Shown: positions 20,445 to 29,753 of the stretch, piece by piece | How positions within the stretch are numbered: the first letter of the stretch is position 1 | Layout: each line of letters opens with the position of its first letter | Origin: Candidatus Poribacteria bacterium | GTDB lineage: Bacteria; Poribacteria; WGA-4E; PCPOR2b | Length of the DNA: 64,000 nt | NCBI GenBank assembly: GCA_965218095.1 | Contig: OZ244587.1 | Span: forward strand, 4,448,001 to 4,512,000 | Reading direction: 5' to 3' | The notes under the pieces: generated by a model | Database searches by the model: none | What the model was told of the DNA's origin: nothing | The model's input: only the letters and a program-made list of their open reading frames with translations | Translations under genes and position numbers: made by a program

Positions 20445-21944
20445 GAAATTCCCCACGCATGGGTTCAATCAATTTTACCGAGTGGCTGACCCAGAAAAAA
20501 CAGGTCCAGACAAACTTCGAGTATGAGTCGTTGGCAAATGCTCACGGGTTTGCCGACGACTGAGTAGAGCCACCTCCTTCAGACTGAACACATCAGCGAT
20601 ACATCAAGCCAAATAGCACACAAAGCGATACTCAAAAACAGATAATAGCCATAGCTGCTTCAGCCATATTCACAATAAGCGTAAACCCAAAGAAACGTCC
20701 GCAACAACTCAATGCTAAGCTGCCGTGTGGGAGACACCCCCAGATAATCAAACAGGCGTGACACTGCTTGAGAATAAAACAAAAACAACAGGTTACAAAC
20801 GGTAAACAGAATCAACAACACCGCCACTTGGGCATGAGGATGGTGAGAATAGATTCTTTTCGTCACGATTGTCTGATTGGCGGCTTTAAACCCATTATTC
20901 TCGACATCCCATCGCAGATGCGCTAATTCTCTCAACTCTTCTGGCACGAGAGATGTCGCCGTCGTGACCACCCAGAAGGTTAGGACTTCGCCCGTCCGTA
21001 TGACGACCTCTTCGACTTTGGCAACCGTCAGTGAGGCATTGATGTCTCGGTGAAAAAAACCATCGGCTTGTGTGATTTGATAGCTCCGCATTCGCATCGT
21101 GTCAACGCCACAGCGGGTAACAATGTCGAAGACGGGGTCATCTTTGGCGGCAAACAGCCCTTCAGCATCTTGTATAATGCGAAGGGTTATATCATCGGTT
21201 TTGATCCGCACATCACTTTTCAGTTCGTCGAGACATAGATTGAAAAATGGGGCATTGAGGTAGAGCCCGTCGCCGAGAATCAGATTGACAAATCCTACCC
21301 CCAGTTTTGCTTTCAACCGACGCAGCAGCGCATAACTAGCGGGGAGTTCCTTGCCCCGTTTTTCGTAGGGTTCTAAATCGACCATCAGGCTGACCGGACC
21401 CACAATTTCAAAGCAACTGGCTAACAGTCGCCCAAACCCACTGCCATCAATGATGCCGATACGCGGTTTGCCGCTACGTAACTAGCATTTACTGTGGCCG
21501 GATAAAACGTCCAAGCGGTAGGAGTCGAGCAAGGTCTGACGCAAGGCAGAGAGTTGTATTTGCTCTAGGCTACGGGCCATGGTGCTATCACTGGTGACGG
21601 AGGTTTTCCGTCGAAACCACCGTTTGCCAATCGGAGTCCGCAGCATGCGGTCACATGAAAGCAGTGACCCCCAGCCCATCGCACCCATCAGAAAAACCGC
21701 TGAAAAGACAGTTGATGGAGGGATATCGGCGGTCTCCCGCGTATCTCGGACGGTAGCTGCTTTGTGGGAAAGATGAAACTGTTGTTCACAGAAAGCACGA
21801 AAATCCGGTAATTTTGTCGTTGTTATCGGTCTCACCTCCTTTCGATTGGTAGTTTTGGGGTGAATGTATCGCCGAATCATTTCATCGCAAAGTTTACGAC
21901 CGATAACACCGAAATTCAACCTGTTTTTTCTCGTGGGGAATTTG
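20445..21944 (-). mobile_element. Unclassified DDE IS (ISAs1/ISNCY-like); transposase has a premature TAG
   Basis: IR AAATTCCCCACG at 20446-20457 and CGTGGGGAATTT at 21932-21943, TA-flanked; ORFs 21482-21991 and 20660-21403 are in frame across TAG 21482-21484; IIDGS, GDGLY, RWDVEN motifs. Confidence 0.8.
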
Positions 21945-21963
21945 TATGCCCTCAACTTTTTTG

Positions 21964-21992
21964 TTGACAAATGCGATCCAGTTTGATACACT
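21964..21992 (+). promoter_or_regulatory. Sigma70 promoter of the tRNA operon
   Basis: TTGACA-N17-TACACT. Confidence 0.75.
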
Positions 21993-22005
21993 TAAATGCG
22001 CTTTT

Positions 22006-22080
<75 letters not shown>

Positions 22081-22088
22081 TTATGTGC

Positions 22089-22163
22089 GGCGGCGTAGCC
22101 AAGTGGTAAGGCCGGAGTCTGCAAAACTCCTATGCGTCGGTTCGATTCCGACCGCCGCCTCCA
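22089..22163 (+). tRNA. tRNA-Cys(GCA)
   Basis: Cloverleaf; anticodon loop CTGCAAA; encoded CCA. Confidence 0.97.
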
Positions 22164-22176
22164 TTTATCCTCATAT

Positions 22177-22250
22177 GGGCGGTTAGCTCAGTTGGTTAGA
22201 GTACTTGCTCGACACGCAAGGGGTCATAGGTTCAAATCCTATACCGCCCA
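22177..22250 (+). tRNA. tRNA-Val(GAC)
   Basis: Cloverleaf; anticodon loop TCGACAC (C33); followed by TCA rather than CCA. Confidence 0.93.
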
Positions 22251-22269
22251 TCATATTTTGGATTCAATT

Positions 22270-22293
22270 AAAGAGCCGTAAGGCTCTTTTTTT
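22270..22293 (+). terminator. Intrinsic terminator after the tRNA operon
   Basis: AAAGAGCC-GTAA-GGCTCTTT plus T-tract. Confidence 0.9.
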
Positions 22294-22396
22294 ATTGAAA
22301 TAAGTCGGAAGGATGAGCGTTTATATAGACACAAGTGTATACAATGACCGTTTGACGGCCAGACCCAACTGAGGATTTGGTTGGAGAGGCTTATAA

Positions 22397-24226
22397 TTGG
22401 AGAAAGTGATGTCAAGCTCAGAAAAAGATCAGCTTTATAAAATCCGACATAGCACGGCTCATGTGATGGCGCAAGCCACCATGGGACTTTATCCAGAGGC
22501 AAAACTCAGCATTGGTCCCCCGATTGAAAACGGCTTCTACTACGACTTCGATCTCGGGGTCGATGAAGATGGCAAGCGACGATCATTTACGCCGGATGAC
22601 CTCGAAAAAATTGAGAAGCGTATGCGCCAAATCGTCGCCGGCAAACACCCATTTATTTACCGCGAAGTCAGCGTTGAAGAAGCAACCGAGTTATTCAAAG
22701 ATCAGCCATACAAGCTAGAGTTAATCGATGGGCTCACCAAAGGCGGTGCCAATGAGTATGGGGAGGAAATCGATGAGCCGCTGGTGCTGAGTACCTATCG
22801 CCATGATACCTTTGAAGATCTCTGTCGAGGGCCCCATGTCGAGAATACAGGTCAGCTTCGACCTGATGCCTTCAGACTTTTGAGTGTTGCCGGCGCATAT
22901 TGGCGGGGTGACGAAAATAATCCGATGCTTCAGCGCATCTACGGTACAGCGTGGCACACCAAAGTAGAACTCAAGCAGCATCTCCAAATGCTTGAGGAGG
23001 CGAAAAAGCGCGATCACCGTAAACTCGGCAGGGACTTAGAAATCTTTATCTTTGATGACGAAGTTGGTCCCGGGCTTCCCCTGTGGTTGCCAAACGGCGG
23101 AATCATCATCGAAGAATTGGAAAAGCTCGCCAAGGAAATGGAAGACAAGCGGGGATATGATCGGGCCCGTACACCCCACCTTGCCAAAGATGCACTCTTT
23201 CTTCGTACTGGTCACCTGCCGTATTATGCCGAAAGTATGTATCCACCAATGGAGGTGGAGGGCGTGCGGTACTACCTGAAGCCGATGAACTGCCCATTCC
23301 ATCACAAGATTTTCGATAGCAAACCACGTAGCTACCGCGATCTCCCGCTTCGCTTGGCTGAATATGGTGCCTGCTATCGCTTTGAAAAGAGCGGCGAACT
23401 TTTTGGTCTCATGCGGGTACGCTCCATGCAAATGAATGACGCCCATATCTATTGCTCAGAAGAGCAGTTTGAAGAAGAGTTTATGGGGGTCGTTGACCTG
23501 TATCTTGAATATTTCCGAATCTTCGGCGTCGAAAAATATGTGATGCGCCTTAGCACACACCACAAGAGTGGGCTTGGCAAAAAGTATATCGACAATGAAC
23601 CATTATGGCTCAAAACCGAAGAGATGGTCCGCAGCGCGATGAAGAATGGTGGTGTGCCTTTTGTAGAAGTTCCTGATGAAGCCGCCTTCTATGGTCCGAA
23701 AATTGACGTGCAGATCTGGAGCGCCATTGGCAGGGAATTCAGCCTTGCCACGAATCAGGTCGATTTTGCCGTTCCAGCACGATGTGACCTGAGCTTTGTC
23801 AACCGAGAGGGGGTTCCCGAAATCCCGATATGTCTTCATCGCGCCCCGCTTGGTACGCATGAACGCATGATTGGTTTCCTGATTGAACATTATGCCGGTA
23901 AATTTCCCGTTTGGCTTTCACCAGAGCATGCCCGTGTGATTCCAATCAACGACGGCCACAACGACTATGCTCAGAAAATTGCCGAACGGTTGAAAGCGTC
24001 CGATATTCGCGTGCAGGCTGATCTTGGCCCGGATCGTATGAATGCAAAAATTCGTCAAGCCCAGTTGATGCAAGTGCCTTATATGCTCGTTGTCGGGGAC
24101 AGAGAAGTAGAGAACAATAACCTTTCTCTCCGAAAACGAGATGGCTCTCGTCAGAACGGTATGCCCACCGATGAATTCATCGCTTTAGTCCAGGATCGCA
24201 TTGTGATCCGGTCAGATCAGCTTTAG
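22397..24226 (+). CDS. thrS: Threonine--tRNA ligase (short form lacking the N1/TGS domain; start may be ATG 22409)
   Basis: RHSTAH, DLCRGPH, RDHRKLG, KPMNCP, FYGPKID. Confidence 0.98.
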   Translation: MEKVMSSSEKDQLYKIRHSTAHVMAQATMGLYPEAKLSIGPPIENGFYYDFDLGVDEDGKRRSFTPDDLEKIEKRMRQIVAGKHPFIYREVSVEEATELFKDQPYKLELIDGLTKGGANEYGEEIDEPLVLSTYRHDTFEDLCRGPHVENTGQLRPDAFRLLSVAGAYWRGDENNPMLQRIYGTAWHTKVELKQHLQMLEEAKKRDHRKLGRDLEIFIFDDEVGPGLPLWLPNGGIIIEELEKLAKEMEDKRGYDRARTPHLAKDALFLRTGHLPYYAESMYPPMEVEGVRYYLKPMNCPFHHKIFDSKPRSYRDLPLRLAEYGACYRFEKSGELFGLMRVRSMQMNDAHIYCSEEQFEEEFMGVVDLYLEYFRIFGVEKYVMRLSTHHKSGLGKKYIDNEPLWLKTEEMVRSAMKNGGVPFVEVPDEAAFYGPKIDVQIWSAIGREFSLATNQVDFAVPARCDLSFVNREGVPEIPICLHRAPLGTHERMIGFLIEHYAGKFPVWLSPEHARVIPINDGHNDYAQKIAERLKASDIRVQADLGPDRMNAKIRQAQLMQVPYMLVVGDREVENNNLSLRKRDGSRQNGMPTDEFIALVQDRIVIRSDQL

Positions 24227-24254
24227 AAAACACCTGAGAGAGGTGGTGAAAATC

Positions 24255-25442
24255 ATGAAACGCATCTATTTAGATCACAACGCAACAACCCCGCTCCACC
24301 CCGAAGTGCTGGAAACGATGTTACCCTATATGACGGAACACTTTGGGAATGGTTCGAGTATCCACTCTTACGGGCGTGAGGCGCGTAACGCCATTGATAC
24401 CGCACGCGAACAGGTCGCGGATTTAATCAACGCGAAAAGCCCAAGCGAGATTGTTTTCACGGGCACCGGGACAGAAGCAGACAATTACGCCATCAAAGGG
24501 CTCGCCGAGTTGCAAAGAAGTCGCAACAGCGGGGTTCACATCATCACCTCTTCGATTGAGCATCACGCGGTGTTGCACACATGCCAATACCTTGAGAAGC
24601 GTGGGTTTGAGGTCACCTATTTGCCTGTCGATCGGTATGGAAGGATTCGGATCGAAGATCTGTGCGAGGCGATTCGGGACACGACCATCCTGATCTCGAT
24701 TATGCACGCCAACAATGAAACGGGGACAATTGAACCGATCGAGGCGGTCTGTGAAGTCGCTCGCGAGCATCGTATTCCTGTCCACACGGACGCGGTACAA
24801 TCGGTCGGGAAGCTTCCCGTCAATGTCCGAGAATTGGGCGTCAATCTGCTCTCGCTTTCAGGACACAAGATCTATGGTCCTAAAGGGATTGGCGTACTGT
24901 ACATCCGTCGTGGAACTCGGTTGGAGAATCTGCTCCACGGTGGTTCACATGAGCGTAATCGCCGCGCTGGCTCGGAGAACGTCCCCACGATTGTCGGGTT
25001 TGGTAAGGCAGCCGAACTTGCGAAGAAGCATCGGGAAGTTGATGTTGACCACCTAAATCGACTGACAAATAAATTGCGTAGAGGGCTGCATGAACGCCTC
25101 GATTATATCTACGAGAATAGCCATCCTGAACACTGCCTGCCGGGAACCCTCAACATCTCATTTGAGTACGTCGAAGGGGAAAGCCTGATCCTGCAGTTGG
25201 ATATGGAAGGCATCTGTGTTTCGACCGGCTCTGCCTGTACCTCTGGTTCGATGGAGCCTTCTCATGTTTTAGCGGCGCTCGGCCTCCCACCGCGGTTGGC
25301 GCAAGGCACCGTGCGGTTTTCGCTCGGCAGGGGAAACACGGAAGCCGAAATCAACGAAGTGATCGAAAAAGTCCCCAAGGTCGTCGAGCAGATGCGTGCG
25401 ATGTCTCCGGCGTATAAGAAGGCGATGAAGCGTGAAACGTAA
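24255..25442 (+). CDS. iscS: Cysteine desulfurase IscS/NifS
   Basis: YLDHNATTP, SGHKIYGPKG, GSACTSG. Confidence 0.93.
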   Translation: MKRIYLDHNATTPLHPEVLETMLPYMTEHFGNGSSIHSYGREARNAIDTAREQVADLINAKSPSEIVFTGTGTEADNYAIKGLAELQRSRNSGVHIITSSIEHHAVLHTCQYLEKRGFEVTYLPVDRYGRIRIEDLCEAIRDTTILISIMHANNETGTIEPIEAVCEVAREHRIPVHTDAVQSVGKLPVNVRELGVNLLSLSGHKIYGPKGIGVLYIRRGTRLENLLHGGSHERNRRAGSENVPTIVGFGKAAELAKKHREVDVDHLNRLTNKLRRGLHERLDYIYENSHPEHCLPGTLNISFEYVEGESLILQLDMEGICVSTGSACTSGSMEPSHVLAALGLPPRLAQGTVRFSLGRGNTEAEINEVIEKVPKVVEQMRAMSPAYKKAMKRET

Positions 25443-25445
25443 TAC

Positions 25446-26525
25446 ATGAGCACAAAAACGAAAGTACAGTCACTCAGCAAGTGCAACCCCAATCCCGCTC
25501 TCATGTCAAAGCCTCAAATCTTCCATGTTGCCCCCGACCAGCACGGTGTTCGGCTCGATCTGTTTATTGAGGCGGAACAGATGATCGTGCTTGTGCATAC
25601 CGATTCGTTATCTCGAACCTACATTCAAAAGCTGATCCGAGAAGGTGCCATAACGGTCAACGGCAAAGTTTCCAAGCCAAGCTACAACATCCGAACCAGC
25701 GACCAGATCGCCCTCATCCTACCTCCTCCCTATCCACTCGAAACACTCCATCCTGAACAGATTCCACTTGACATTCTGTACGAAGATTCCAGCCTAATCG
25801 TTGTGAATAAGCCACCTGGCATGGTTGTCCATCCTGCTGGCGATGTTCAATCTGGCACGCTTGTCAACGTGCTACTGACGTATTGTGATGAACTCCCCGG
25901 TATTGGTGGCGTCCAACGCCCCGGCATCGTTCATCGACTCGACAAAGATACATCTGGGGTGCTCGTCGCCGCTAAGACAGATCGCGCCCATCGACACCTT
26001 TCGGCACAGTTTGAAGCCCACACCACCACACGCCATTACCACGCGGTTATCTGTGGAACACTTCCCCAAGAGACAGGAACGATCAATGCTCGAATTACCC
26101 GAGGTCGTCGGGATCGGCGGAAGATGACTGTAACAGAAGTTAGTGGTCGGCATGCAATCACTCATTATCGCCTGCTGGAGGTATATGATCGATTTGCTCT
26201 TATCGAACTGACCTTGGAAACGGGCCGCATTCACCAAATCCGTGTCCATCTCAGTCACATTGGGCACCCAGTTGCGGGGGATGCGGTCTATGGCGGCGGC
26301 GGACATCGGGCCCTGCTTGATGCCCCGTCTGCGGCGGTTAAACAAGCCCTTGTGAAGCTCAATCGTCAAGCCTTACATGCCCATACGCTTGAGTTTGATC
26401 ATCCGGAAACAAATGAACGGCTGGCGTTTTCAATGGAAATGCCGGCGGATATGCAACGTCTTGTTGATGCGTTGCAGGAAGCGTGCGGCGTGGACAGGAA
26501 AGTGGTAAGAGGACAAAGAGATTGA
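25446..26525 (+). CDS. rluD: RluA-family 23S rRNA pseudouridine synthase (RluD-like)
   Basis: S4 domain, NKPPGMVVHP, HRLDKDTSG, TGRIHQIRVH. Confidence 0.9.
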   Translation: MSTKTKVQSLSKCNPNPALMSKPQIFHVAPDQHGVRLDLFIEAEQMIVLVHTDSLSRTYIQKLIREGAITVNGKVSKPSYNIRTSDQIALILPPPYPLETLHPEQIPLDILYEDSSLIVVNKPPGMVVHPAGDVQSGTLVNVLLTYCDELPGIGGVQRPGIVHRLDKDTSGVLVAAKTDRAHRHLSAQFEAHTTTRHYHAVICGTLPQETGTINARITRGRRDRRKMTVTEVSGRHAITHYRLLEVYDRFALIELTLETGRIHQIRVHLSHIGHPVAGDAVYGGGGHRALLDAPSAAVKQALVKLNRQALHAHTLEFDHPETNERLAFSMEMPADMQRLVDALQEACGVDRKVVRGQRD

Positions 26526-26652
26526 AAATGGGAATGGAAGGAAGGGAAGAATGGAAGAAAGGAATGGCTGTTGTGTTTTGCTGTCAAATGAGTTATACTA
26601 TTGTTGTTTCCTATTTTGATGGCTAAACTTCAGAGCAGAGATAGGGGGAACT

Positions 26653-27539
26653 ATGAACGTCAATATTGGCTCCGCACCGGATTCATGGGGGGTCTGGTTT
26701 GCAAGCAATCCCAATCAACCTCCATGGCAGCGATTTCTAGATGAGGTTGCAGAAGCTGGCTACGAGTGGATCGAGTTGGGTCCCTATGGTTACTTGCCTA
26801 CCGATCTATCTACCCTCCGTGCTGAACTCGACAAACGTGGTCTGAAAGTTGCGGCGACATACGCCATGGGCAATCTTGAGGAACCATCGGCATGGCCGGA
26901 GTTGGAAAAACAGGTGTTGGGGGCAGGTGAGCTGTTGGCGGCTTTGGGCGCCAAATTTCTCGTGCTCATTGACGATAGCTATACCGATCTCCTTACGGCT
27001 CAACTGTTATCATCCGCACACCTGGACGAAAACGCCTGGAGGCGATTGATAGACACCACGCAGACAGTGGCTGAGTTGGTACGTAAGCGTTTTGGGCTCA
27101 CACTTATCTTTCATCCCCACGCCGAGACACATGTTGAGCATGAGGACCAAATTGCGGCGTTGCTCGACCAAACCGAGCCCGATCTTGTATCGCTTTGCTT
27201 GGATACCGGACATCATGCCTATCGAGGGGGGACCCCGTCAGCTTTATGCGCCGCTGCCATCACCGGATTCCCTACCTCCGTCTCAAGAGTGTTGACCCGG
27301 ACATGCAAAAGAAAGTTGAAGCTGAGAGCATTCCTTTTGCCACGGATGTCTTGATGGACATGTTCGTTGAACCGGCGAAAGGCACGGTGGATTTCCTAGC
27401 TTTCCGAGATGTCTTGAGGGAGATCGATTTTGACGAGTGGGCGATTGTCGAACAGGATATGTATCCTGCGCCGTTTGACAAACCTTTACCCATCGCTAAA
27501 CGCACTCGCGCGTACCTTCGTGAAATCCACATTGGGTGA
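26653..27539 (+). pseudogene. IolE-like sugar phosphate isomerase/epimerase with a frameshift
   Basis: PDSWGVW, ELGPYG, DTGH; G6 run at 27226-27231 would need G7 to read RGGDP; paralog of 55465-56352. Confidence 0.8.
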
Positions 27540-27653
27540 ATATTATCTTCAATGTCAGATCATCGACGCTGCTGCACGTTCTACGATGCCAATTCAGGAG
27601 GAAAAGGAAATAAAATCCTCATCTGCTCGATTGTTTTATAACCGCAGATCCCA

Positions 27654-27688
27654 TAGAATTACGCGGATGAATTATCCGCGTAATTCTA
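27654..27688. repeat. 15-bp-stem palindrome
   Basis: tagaattacgcggat-gaatt-atccgcgtaattcta. Confidence 0.85.
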
Positions 27689-27772
27689 CGAAATCCGTGG
27701 TTATAAACCAGGGAATGGCGCAGATCTTCTTGATAAGCGGTGGTTACAGCACCTGCAACGGGAGGAGAAACA

Positions 27773-28882
27773 ATGAAGAATTCAGTGTACCGCGTCGCCA
27801 TCATCGGAACCGGTCGCATGGGCGGATTGATTGAAGATGAACTCTCGCCCAATCAGTTTTCGAGTCCTTATGGCCACTTCAGCGCTTACGCTGCCATTGA
27901 GCAGACCGAAGTAGTGGCCGTCGCCAATCGTGGCGTCAAGCGCCTGAAGCGGTTTGCCGAACGGTTCGGCATCACCAACACGTACCTCGACTACCGCGAG
28001 ATGATCGAGAACGAGAAACCAGACATCGTGAGCGTAACCACTCCGTCGTTCGCGCGCGCTGAACCCATCATCTTCTCGGCGGAGCACGGTGTACGAGGTA
28101 TATATTCCGAAAAGGGACTATGTGCTTCGCTGGCGGAGGCGGACCGCATCGTTACTGCCTGCAAGGAAAACAACGTAGCTTTCAACTGGGGGGCTATGCG
28201 CCGACATCACGACGGCTATATTCGGCTGCGTGACGCTATCGCCCGGGGCGATATCGGAGAGCCTCGCTATTCTGTAATGTACACGTATACCGATCTCATA
28301 AAGCACCATCCTCACACGCTGGATCTGGCATCGATGTTACTGGGTGACCCCGCTCCAATTTGGGTGGAGGGGCACCTGGTGGATAAGGGGGAACCGCTGG
28401 CCGCTAACGCCGATGAGCGACCCCGTTCCTATCCGAGCTATGACCCAGCCGGGCATTGTTTTGTGCCGCCACCTGGGGAAGAGATATCAGATCCGATGGT
28501 CGGGTTCTTCCGGATTGGCTATGAGAATAATGCTGAAGGGATTTTTGCGCCTATACCTGGGCCATTTAGCATCGACGTGCACGGTACCGAAGGACATGCC
28601 TATGCCTGGGACAATGGCGATGTTTTTTGCGTCCGGCGTAGTGCGAAGGGCGGATCTGCGGTCGATGAGAAGATTATCAAGTCGACCGGCGAAAGCCCCA
28701 CGGTGTGCACGATTCGGGACATCATCCGCGAGATGGAAACCGGGGAGCGTACAGCCGGGAATATCGACGTGACGATGCAATCCGTGGATGCGCAGTTTGG
28801 CCTGGCCTACTCTCACTTGCAGGGTGGCGCGCGTGTTTCATTACCTGTTGCGGATCGCAGCCTCTACATCCCTGGCGGTTGA
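27773..28882 (+). CDS. Gfo/Idh/MocA oxidoreductase
   Basis: IIGTGRMG, PDIVSVTTP, SEKG. Confidence 0.9.
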   Translation: MKNSVYRVAIIGTGRMGGLIEDELSPNQFSSPYGHFSAYAAIEQTEVVAVANRGVKRLKRFAERFGITNTYLDYREMIENEKPDIVSVTTPSFARAEPIIFSAEHGVRGIYSEKGLCASLAEADRIVTACKENNVAFNWGAMRRHHDGYIRLRDAIARGDIGEPRYSVMYTYTDLIKHHPHTLDLASMLLGDPAPIWVEGHLVDKGEPLAANADERPRSYPSYDPAGHCFVPPPGEEISDPMVGFFRIGYENNAEGIFAPIPGPFSIDVHGTEGHAYAWDNGDVFCVRRSAKGGSAVDEKIIKSTGESPTVCTIRDIIREMETGERTAGNIDVTMQSVDAQFGLAYSHLQGGARVSLPVADRSLYIPGG

Positions 28883-28960
28883 CATCGACAATTCGTTCAC
28901 ACTCAGCTTATTGAAATGCTGTATTATCTGTTGTAAGAGCATGTTGTAGACACGCCTCTA

Positions 28961-29059
28961 CCGCGAATGCTACATTGCTGGTTCGATTAGAAGCCTGCCC
29001 CAATTGCCCCACCTCCCGATCTTCCGAATGTTTCAATTCTACACTGGTTCGATTAGAGG
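28961..29059 (-). CRISPR. Orphan CRISPR mini-array: one full repeat, one 36-nt spacer, one degenerate repeat
   Basis: 29030-29059 reads CCTCTAATCGAACCAGTGTAGAATTGAAAC on the minus strand (ATTGAAAC end); 28978-28993 repeats its half at a 66-bp period; no cas genes in the window. Confidence 0.8.
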
Positions 29060-29084
29060 GTCAACAGCATTGGTGTAGAAGATA

Positions 29085-29223
29085 GGGTCGTTTAATTTTC
29101 CAACCTTCGGAAGGTTGAGTAATGGATTGCTTACTTGGAGATTAGGCAGATTCTGTTTCACGGAAAAATCGTTTCTGTCAAAAAACCTTCCTAAGGGTCA
29201 ATCTGCCGAAAACTGAATGACCC
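29085..29223. mobile_element. 139-bp MITE inserted in the CRISPR leader
   Basis: TA-GGGTCGTTTAATTTTC...GAAAACTGAATGACCC-TA; the same terminus recurs at 40139-40157 (18/19). Confidence 0.75.
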
Positions 29224-29292
29224 TAATTCCCTGTGATTCCGTGGAAAAAAGCCAATTTTTGCCCATATATGTATGACGCTTTCAATAAAACC

Positions 29293-29322
29293 TTGACGAT
29301 CAGCGATCCACTAATGTATAAT
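29293..29322 (+). promoter_or_regulatory. Sigma70 promoter for rho, followed by a leader of about 420 nt
   Basis: TTGACG-N18-TATAAT. Confidence 0.7.
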
Positions 29323-29753
29323 TTTACATAATAGTAGTTCCCACCAGCAGTTGTCTACTGCAAAGAGTCGCTTCATTTTAGACATTCTTATCCTTCAAAC
29401 TTTAGTTCGACACCTCTTCTGCATGTTACCCAGTTTGGTAATTCCTTTAATTGAGGGTGGTGCATTATTATTACCAAATCCAATTGTCACCGGATCCTTG
29501 CGTCCAAATTATGCAACACCTCCTTTTATTCAAAATTCAACCGACCGCAATTCTGTGTATTCTTATCTAATAATCTGACCCGATTTTCTTTTCGATTTTC
29601 CCTCTAACTATCCTATTTTCCCTGGATAGCGCCATCTGTAGATTGCTTTTTGGAACGGCTTCGCGCCAATTTTGAGATTGGATGCAACGATGAAGTGATG
29701 GGTGTTGGGCAATCTGCAGATGGCTAGGATTGCGCAATGAGGAGCAATGAAAT

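Noticed and set aside
22294-22400. T-box leader for thrS
   Set aside because: Too short, and no TGGnACC T-box motif.
28992-29001. CRISPR spacer self-targeting the REP near 5743 (shared agcctgcccc)
   Set aside because: Only 10 nt match, partly within the repeat; expected by chance.
29101-29223. Palindromes first read as CRISPR leader integration motifs
   Set aside because: They fall inside a TA-flanked MITE whose terminus recurs at 40139.
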